Shown here: piece after piece, positions 58,579 to 64,000 of the stretch
How positions within the stretch are numbered: the first letter of the stretch is position 1
Layout of the letters: every line of letters starts with the position of its first letter
Origin: Nitrospirota bacterium
Lineage (GTDB): Bacteria > Nitrospirota > UBA9217
Assembly: GCA_963751455.1 (NCBI GenBank)
Contig: CAVVUN010000015.1
Coordinates: forward strand, 1,280,001 to 1,344,000
DNA: 64,000 bases
Direction: 5' to 3'
Made by a program: the position numbers and the translations under genes
The notes under the pieces: model-generated
Told to the model about the DNA's origin: nothing
The model's input: only the letters and a program-made list of their open reading frames with translations
Database searches by the model: none

Positions 58579-59931
58579 ATGAAAAAGCAATCAATACTTC
58601 TCATAGACGATGACGACAGCCTGCGACGGGTAATGGAGTTCAGCCTGACCGAGGCGGGGTACACGGTGCGCGCTGCCGCAAACGGCGAGGAGGGCCTCCG
58701 TCTCTTCGATCAGGACTCGTTTAATGCGGTCATCACCGACATTACGATGCCGGGCATGAGCGGCATGGACGTGCTTGCGAAGATCAGAAAACTGAATGAG
58801 CTGGTTCCCGTTATTGTCATTACCGCTTACGGGACTATCGAAAGCGCTGTGGATGCGATGAAGAAGGGGGCCTTCGATTATATTACCAAGCCGTTCAACC
58901 GCGATGAGCTGAGGCTTACGCTGGAAAAGGCCCTCAAAATGCGGCGACTCGAAAAGGAAAACGTTGAGCTTCGCGCGCAGGTCACCGAGCGGTACCGCTT
59001 CGAAAGCATCATCGGCGCCGGCCAAAGGATCAAAGACGTGCTGGATATGGCCGGACGGGTGGCTGTGAGCGACGCGAGCGTGCTGATTACGGGAGAAAGC
59101 GGGACCGGCAAGGAACTCCTGGCAAAAGGCATTCATTTTAACAGCCGCCGCACAGACGGCCCGTTTGTCGCGATCAACTGCGCGGCAATTCCGGAAAACC
59201 TCATTGAGAGCGAACTCTTCGGACATGTGAAGGGCTCTTTCACAGGGGCTGTCAAGGACCGGGAAGGCAAATTCGAGCAGGCCGACGGGGGCACCCTGTT
59301 CCTCGATGAGATCGGCGAGCTCCGTGTCGAGCTGCAGGCCAAGATCCTGCGGGCCCTCCAGGAGCGGCAGGTGGACCGGGTGGGCGGGACCCGGCCGATA
59401 GACGTGGACGTCCGCGTGATTGCAGCAACAAACAAGGATGTGGACCGGGCGGTCAAGGAGGGAAGCTTCCGCGAAGATCTTTATTACCGGCTGAGCGTGG
59501 TTACTCTCCAGATGCCGCCTCTCAGAGAACGGAGAGAGGACATACCGCTGCTGGTCAATTATTTTTTGAAAAAATTCAACCGGGACGAGGACGTAAGGCT
59601 CGATCCCGAAGCCTTGTCGGTTATGAAAGGATACGGCTGGCCGGGAAACGTGCGAGAGCTTGAGAATGTGATTGAACGGGCATCGGTGCTGAGGCGCAGC
59701 GCAGTGATTACAGGGTCTGATCTGCCTGACAAGCTGAAAAAGGAAAAAACAGACGTTTTACAGGTCATCCTCAATCTTCCGGACGAGGGCATCTCTCTGG
59801 AAGAGCTTGAGAAGAGCCTTATTATGAAAGCCCTCGATACGCACCACGGCAACCAGACGCGGGCCGCAGAATATCTGGGCATTACCAGGCCCACTCTCAT
59901 ATACCGCATGGAAAAGTACGGGATCAAGTAG
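58579..59931 (+). CDS. Sigma54-dependent response regulator (NtrC family)
   Basis: Receiver; GESGTGKE; GSFTGA; Fis HTH. Confidence 0.95.
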   Translation: MKKQSILLIDDDDSLRRVMEFSLTEAGYTVRAAANGEEGLRLFDQDSFNAVITDITMPGMSGMDVLAKIRKLNELVPVIVITAYGTIESAVDAMKKGAFDYITKPFNRDELRLTLEKALKMRRLEKENVELRAQVTERYRFESIIGAGQRIKDVLDMAGRVAVSDASVLITGESGTGKELLAKGIHFNSRRTDGPFVAINCAAIPENLIESELFGHVKGSFTGAVKDREGKFEQADGGTLFLDEIGELRVELQAKILRALQERQVDRVGGTRPIDVDVRVIAATNKDVDRAVKEGSFREDLYYRLSVVTLQMPPLRERREDIPLLVNYFLKKFNRDEDVRLDPEALSVMKGYGWPGNVRELENVIERASVLRRSAVITGSDLPDKLKKEKTDVLQVILNLPDEGISLEELEKSLIMKALDTHHGNQTRAAEYLGITRPTLIYRMEKYGIK

Positions 59932-60031
59932 ATCAGTAGCCAGGAGTCAGGAGGACTTCGGCGAGCTCAGCCGAGCCGCAGGAGTCAGAAACAGAAGACA
60001 GAAGCTTATTTCATTGAATGGAGGAATTTTC

Positions 60032-60238
60032 ATGGCGAATGTAACAATCAAAGTTCAGGGAATGACTTGCAATCACTGCTCCATGCGGGTGGCAAAGGCG
60101 CTCAAGGCCGTTCCCGGCGTTCAGGATGCGAAAGTAGACCTGCAAAAAGGGGAAGCAGCAGTAACTTACGATGAGGGTAAGGTCACTTTGGAAAAGCTTT
60201 CCTCGGCAATTGTGGACGCAGGATACAAAGTGTTGTAG
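60032..60238 (+). CDS. copZ: Copper chaperone (HMA domain)
   Basis: GMTCNHC; GGAGG RBS. Confidence 0.88.
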   Translation: MANVTIKVQGMTCNHCSMRVAKALKAVPGVQDAKVDLQKGEAAVTYDEGKVTLEKLSSAIVDAGYKVL

Positions 60239-60358
60239 TTTTTGTGGTGCAGTTTTCCCGGCCCGCTTGCTTGACAAGCGGCGGGGCTGTCAGTATAATT
60301 CTGGTGCTGAAAAGCACCCATTCCGTTATTTCTAAAAAAATAAACTATGGAGGTTACA

Positions 60359-61435
60359 ATGGCCAGGAATCTTCAGGATCTCATGCCGGCAAATGCGAGG
60401 AAAAAACTGGGAGGCGCGACAAAACTGAATGTTATTTCCTCCCATGACGTTTTCAGGTGTTTGAAAGAAGACAAGGTCATCATCATGGCGTGCAATACGA
60501 GGATCAAGCATGTCATACCGGGCATCATGCGGGCGGCAGAAGACCTCGACGCAATTGTATGCTTCGAGCTTGCAAAGAGCGAAAGCAATCTCAAGGGGGG
60601 GTATACGGGAATGACCCCCGCACAGTACGCGGACACCGTTTTCGGATATGCGCAGGCCATAAAATTCACGAAGCCGTTTTTTATCCATGGCGACCACGTA
60701 ACGACGAAAAGCCCTGATGCGGCCGTCGTAGCGGATTCACGTGACTTGATCAAGGCGCAGCTCGACGCGGGCTACACTTCGGTCGCAATCGACGCTTCTT
60801 TTAATGAAACAGACGATAATATCAAGGTAAGCTCTGAACTGGGCCGCATGGTGCTGGATGCTGGCGCCGGGCTCGAGGCGGAAGTAGGCGAGATCAAATC
60901 CACGAAAGAGGGCGGCGAGATTACAACGGTGGAAGAGGCGGTGGAGTTCATCGAGGGAATGGAGAAAGCCAAGGTGCATATGGACCTTCTCGCGATAAAC
61001 AACGGGTCAAAGCACGGCAACTACAAACCCGGAGAAGAAGTCCATATCGAACTCAACCGGACCGGAGACATTTACAATTCCATCAAGAAGTGGGGCGTCT
61101 GCATTGCGCAGCACGGCATTACCGGAACCCCGCTGGACCTCGTGGGCCAGTTTGCGGATTACGGCATCAGGAAGGGCAACGTGGGAACGAACTGGCAGAA
61201 TATCGCCCATGACTGTCTGCCCGTTGACCTCATGAACAGCATGCGCGAGTGGTGCAAAAAAGAGAACAAGGACATCAAGTTCGCGACCAAGCAGTTCCTG
61301 TCCGACATCAACTCGTTGCCTGCGGCCTGCGTAAAGCAGATAGAAGAAGCGTCGTATAAGTCAGCCCGCGACTTTATCACCGCCTTCCGGGCCAAAGGCA
61401 CGGCGTCACTGGTTGCGGCACGGCTCTGCAAATAG
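60359..61435 (+). CDS. fba: Class II fructose-bisphosphate aldolase
   Basis: HGDH; EAEVG; GSKHG; HGITG; KGNVGT. Confidence 0.88.
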   Translation: MARNLQDLMPANARKKLGGATKLNVISSHDVFRCLKEDKVIIMACNTRIKHVIPGIMRAAEDLDAIVCFELAKSESNLKGGYTGMTPAQYADTVFGYAQAIKFTKPFFIHGDHVTTKSPDAAVVADSRDLIKAQLDAGYTSVAIDASFNETDDNIKVSSELGRMVLDAGAGLEAEVGEIKSTKEGGEITTVEEAVEFIEGMEKAKVHMDLLAINNGSKHGNYKPGEEVHIELNRTGDIYNSIKKWGVCIAQHGITGTPLDLVGQFADYGIRKGNVGTNWQNIAHDCLPVDLMNSMREWCKKENKDIKFATKQFLSDINSLPAACVKQIEEASYKSARDFITAFRAKGTASLVAARLCK

Positions 61436-61593
61436 GACTTACTCAGATTGAAGAAGTAAAACCGGATTATTGATAAAGGCATTTATCCGCAGATTAACGC
61501 AGATTTTGCCGATTAAAAAGAAACTTGAATCTTTTAAATCTGCGTTAATCTGCGTAATCTGCGGATGTGTTTACGGATAACGAAAGGCGGCAG

Positions 61594-62349
61594 ATGGAAC
61601 CGAATTCCAAGTGGACCTTTATCCTTGCCCGCTTTCCGAAGCGAAAGCAGCTTGTTCTTGATGTCGAACACTGCTCGCCGATCGCCCTCCGCAGCATAAT
61701 CCTCGATGTTCGCACCCCGGACAGCATCCTCGAACGGATCGCTCAGGCCTATTTCGATAATGAAGATATCCTGAAGGACCTCGTTCGCTGCCCGAACCTC
61801 TCGGAAACGACACTGGCCTTCATCGCGCTCACGGCCTCCGACGCAGTCAAGAACTTCATCTCAGGGACCCGGGTCGTGGACGTTGTTATGGGCGACGCGG
61901 CCGGCGGACAGGAACAGGGAGACAAAAAGAAACTGAATGTAACGCAGATCATCCACAGGATGACGCCTTCGCAGAAAATCAAGCTCGCCCTGACCGGGGC
62001 CAAGGACGCCCGCGGCATCCTCATCCGCGAGTCGAGCAAGATAATCGCGCTGGGCGTGCTCGCAAATCCCCGCATCACGATCGGTGAAGTGGAGTTCTTC
62101 GCGAAATCGACCAACCTGAACGAAGACGTGATCCGGAAGATCGGGACGAATTCAGAGTGGTCCAAGAAATATTCGGTCGCCTCGGCGCTCGTGAATAACC
62201 CGAAGACCCCGGTCGGTATTTCTCTCGGTTTTGTAAACCGGATGACAGACCGGGACCTCGGCTTTCTGGAAAAGAGCCGAAGCGTTCCGGAGGCGTTGCG
62301 GTCAGCGGCCAGGCAGCTCGTGATCAAAAGAAAAATGGGCAAGGGATGA
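61594..62349 (+). CDS. Conserved hypothetical helical-repeat protein
   Basis: KIKLALTG..DAR.ILIR; NPRIT; NPKTP repeats. Confidence 0.8.
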   Translation: MEPNSKWTFILARFPKRKQLVLDVEHCSPIALRSIILDVRTPDSILERIAQAYFDNEDILKDLVRCPNLSETTLAFIALTASDAVKNFISGTRVVDVVMGDAAGGQEQGDKKKLNVTQIIHRMTPSQKIKLALTGAKDARGILIRESSKIIALGVLANPRITIGEVEFFAKSTNLNEDVIRKIGTNSEWSKKYSVASALVNNPKTPVGISLGFVNRMTDRDLGFLEKSRSVPEALRSAARQLVIKRKMGKG

Positions 62350-62438
62350 AAAGCCCTGAATTTTAAGGTCTCTCATTACATAATCACTTTTCCCCCGTTT
62401 TACCAGCCGGACCCCATCAGTCAACTCGAGGTACTTTC

Positions 62439-63440
62439 ATGAAGCGTTCTCCAATTCTTGTTTTTATCGTTGTTTTGATGGTGTCTGCATGCTCCCGGAC
62501 CGCGTCCAGGACCATGCAGAGAGCAGAGTCAATCATGGGTACGGAAGTCACTGTAACGGTCGTGGCAAAAAGCACGGCTGAAGGGGACTCCGCCCTCGAA
62601 GCCGCAATGACGGAGATAAAGCGCTTCGATCAAATGATGTCGCTGTACAAGGACGACAGCGAGCTCACGAAAGTGAACCTGGCCGCGGGAAAACAGCCTG
62701 TCGCGGTTTCTCCGGAAATGATCGAGGTTGTGGAAATAGCGGCCCGGGTGTCTCGTCTTACGAACGGAGCATTCGATGTAACCATCGGGCCACTCGTCGT
62801 GCTGTGGCAGATGCGGCTGAAAGAGGGCAGGCCGCCGACAGACGGGGAGATTGCGCACGTTCTTCCCCGGATCGACTACCGTGCAGTTATAATCGATAAA
62901 AAATCATCGACACTGTTCCTTGCGAAGCCGAACATGATCATGGATTTCGGCGGCATCGCGAAAGGTTATGCGGCCGATAAGGCGGCGGAGTTGCTCAGGA
63001 AGCGCGGTATTGAAAATGCCGTTGTCGCTATCGCGGGCGACATCCGCGTGCTGGGCCGCCGCGAGGACGGCTTGCCCTGGCGCATCGGCGTTCAGCACCC
63101 CAGGGAAAAGGACAAGCTGCTTACCGTTCTCGACCTCTCCGACAAGTACATATCAACTTCCGGAGATTACGAGCGGTTCAAGATGATAGGGAAAAAACGC
63201 TATCACCATATCCTCGACCCCCGCACCGGAAAGCCGTCCAAAGGGATGGCCTCGGTAACCCTGATCTGCGACCGCGGCTCCCTGGGCGACCCGCTGACCA
63301 CGGCCCTTTTTGTCCTTGGCACGGATAAGGGGATGAAGATAGTAAAATCGCTCGGCTATGAAGCGATTTTCGAGGATGATCGGGGAAACGTGGTCATGAC
63401 AGACGGGGTCAGGATAAGGGAGTACCTGTCATCCCGTTGA
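62439..63440 (+). CDS. apbE: FAD:protein FMN transferase (lipoprotein)
   Basis: Lipobox VSAC; MGT; FDVT; GGIAKG; STSGDYER; HILDPRTG. Confidence 0.95.
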   Translation: MKRSPILVFIVVLMVSACSRTASRTMQRAESIMGTEVTVTVVAKSTAEGDSALEAAMTEIKRFDQMMSLYKDDSELTKVNLAAGKQPVAVSPEMIEVVEIAARVSRLTNGAFDVTIGPLVVLWQMRLKEGRPPTDGEIAHVLPRIDYRAVIIDKKSSTLFLAKPNMIMDFGGIAKGYAADKAAELLRKRGIENAVVAIAGDIRVLGRREDGLPWRIGVQHPREKDKLLTVLDLSDKYISTSGDYERFKMIGKKRYHHILDPRTGKPSKGMASVTLICDRGSLGDPLTTALFVLGTDKGMKIVKSLGYEAIFEDDRGNVVMTDGVRIREYLSSR

Positions 63441-63792
63441 AATTTTAACTTGCAATCCCCCGCAGCTTGCTGGGGGGAGGTTCATTATTTGCTGCCGAGG
63501 AGTTCTAAGGCAGTTTTCCTTATCCAAAAAATTTGAAATACCAGCTTCCCTTCATTTCATATTTTTCTTCTCCGTTTTGAACTCAACTCAAACATCCTGC
63601 CTCGGAATTCGCCATGCCGTCATGCGTTATATCAAGTTGAAAATTGATTCGCTTAAGACAAGAATTCTTAAAAAGCGCTATATTTCTAAAAGCAGGATTT
63701 CACCAATTGATGCTGCAGGCTTTTATTCAGCAGGACGGAACATGACGGCAGCTGTTTCGATCGAGGGTTGACCCATGCTTTATGAAAAAACC

Positions 63793-64000
63793 ATGATGGG
63801 GGTAAGAATGCTTGCGCTGAAGGATGCAGTCGGTCAGGTGCTTGCGCACGATATAACCGAGATCAGGCCCGGAGAGTTCAAAGGCAGGGCATTCAAGAAG
63901 GGTCACATGATACGGGAAGAAGATGTATGCCGCCTCCAAACTCTCGGGAAGGAGCATCTTTTCATTCTCGATATCGGCGAAGACGAGATGCATGAGGACG
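63793..64000 (+). CDS. Molybdopterin-binding (MoeA-like) protein, 5' part
   Basis: Manual translation DAVGQVLAHDITEIRPGEFKGRAFKKGH...GKEHL...MHED. Confidence 0.8.
   Translation, partial: MMGVRMLALKDAVGQVLAHDITEIRPGEFKGRAFKKGHMIREEDVCRLQTLGKEHLFILDIGEDEMHED

Noticed and set aside
59935-60005. CAGGAGT-type heptamer repeats with a small hairpin (similar AAATTGC repeats at 10087-10116)
   Set aside because: Only 2-4 degenerate units; likely members of dispersed repeat families, too short for an independent call
1-64000. tRNA, rRNA, integron integrase, TnpB/IscB
   Set aside because: None recognised by eye; no tyrosine recombinase or RuvC-like ORF beside the Y1 genes. tRNAscan/Infernal were not run

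Overview
64 kb bacterial window of about 50-55% GC (estimated by eye). Gene content suggests an anaerobic Nitrospirota/Desulfobacterota-like organism (inference). 1-11.3 kb (minus strand) is a respiratory cluster: three paralogous small membrane proteins, cytochrome c3, a Tat-exported 4Fe-4S protein, a NrfD/HybB membrane subunit, a 13-heme cytochrome c, cytochrome b, and a two-component system whose sensor carries a CxxCH heme motif. Two accessory hotspots face each other at 11.4-20.1 kb (+) and 41.9-47.8 kb (-). Each contains HUH/Y1 (RAYT-like) transposases bounded by terminal inverted repeats, up to 28-34 bp perfect, with stuttered end copies and nested insertions. Each also has a pseudogene, then a 20-bp-phased palindrome array ending in GTTAAC, then integron-like cassettes with attC-like sites and TA modules. 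No integrase is present in the window. The rest is housekeeping and signalling: DacA, two PLDs, WD40, two hybrid kinases, gltB, TrxB-like, a sigma54 system, CopZ, FBA, ApbE and a MoeA-like fragment. Intergenic DNA is rich in several families of palindromic repeats, often nested inside each other. All calls come from reading the sequence; no searches were run.
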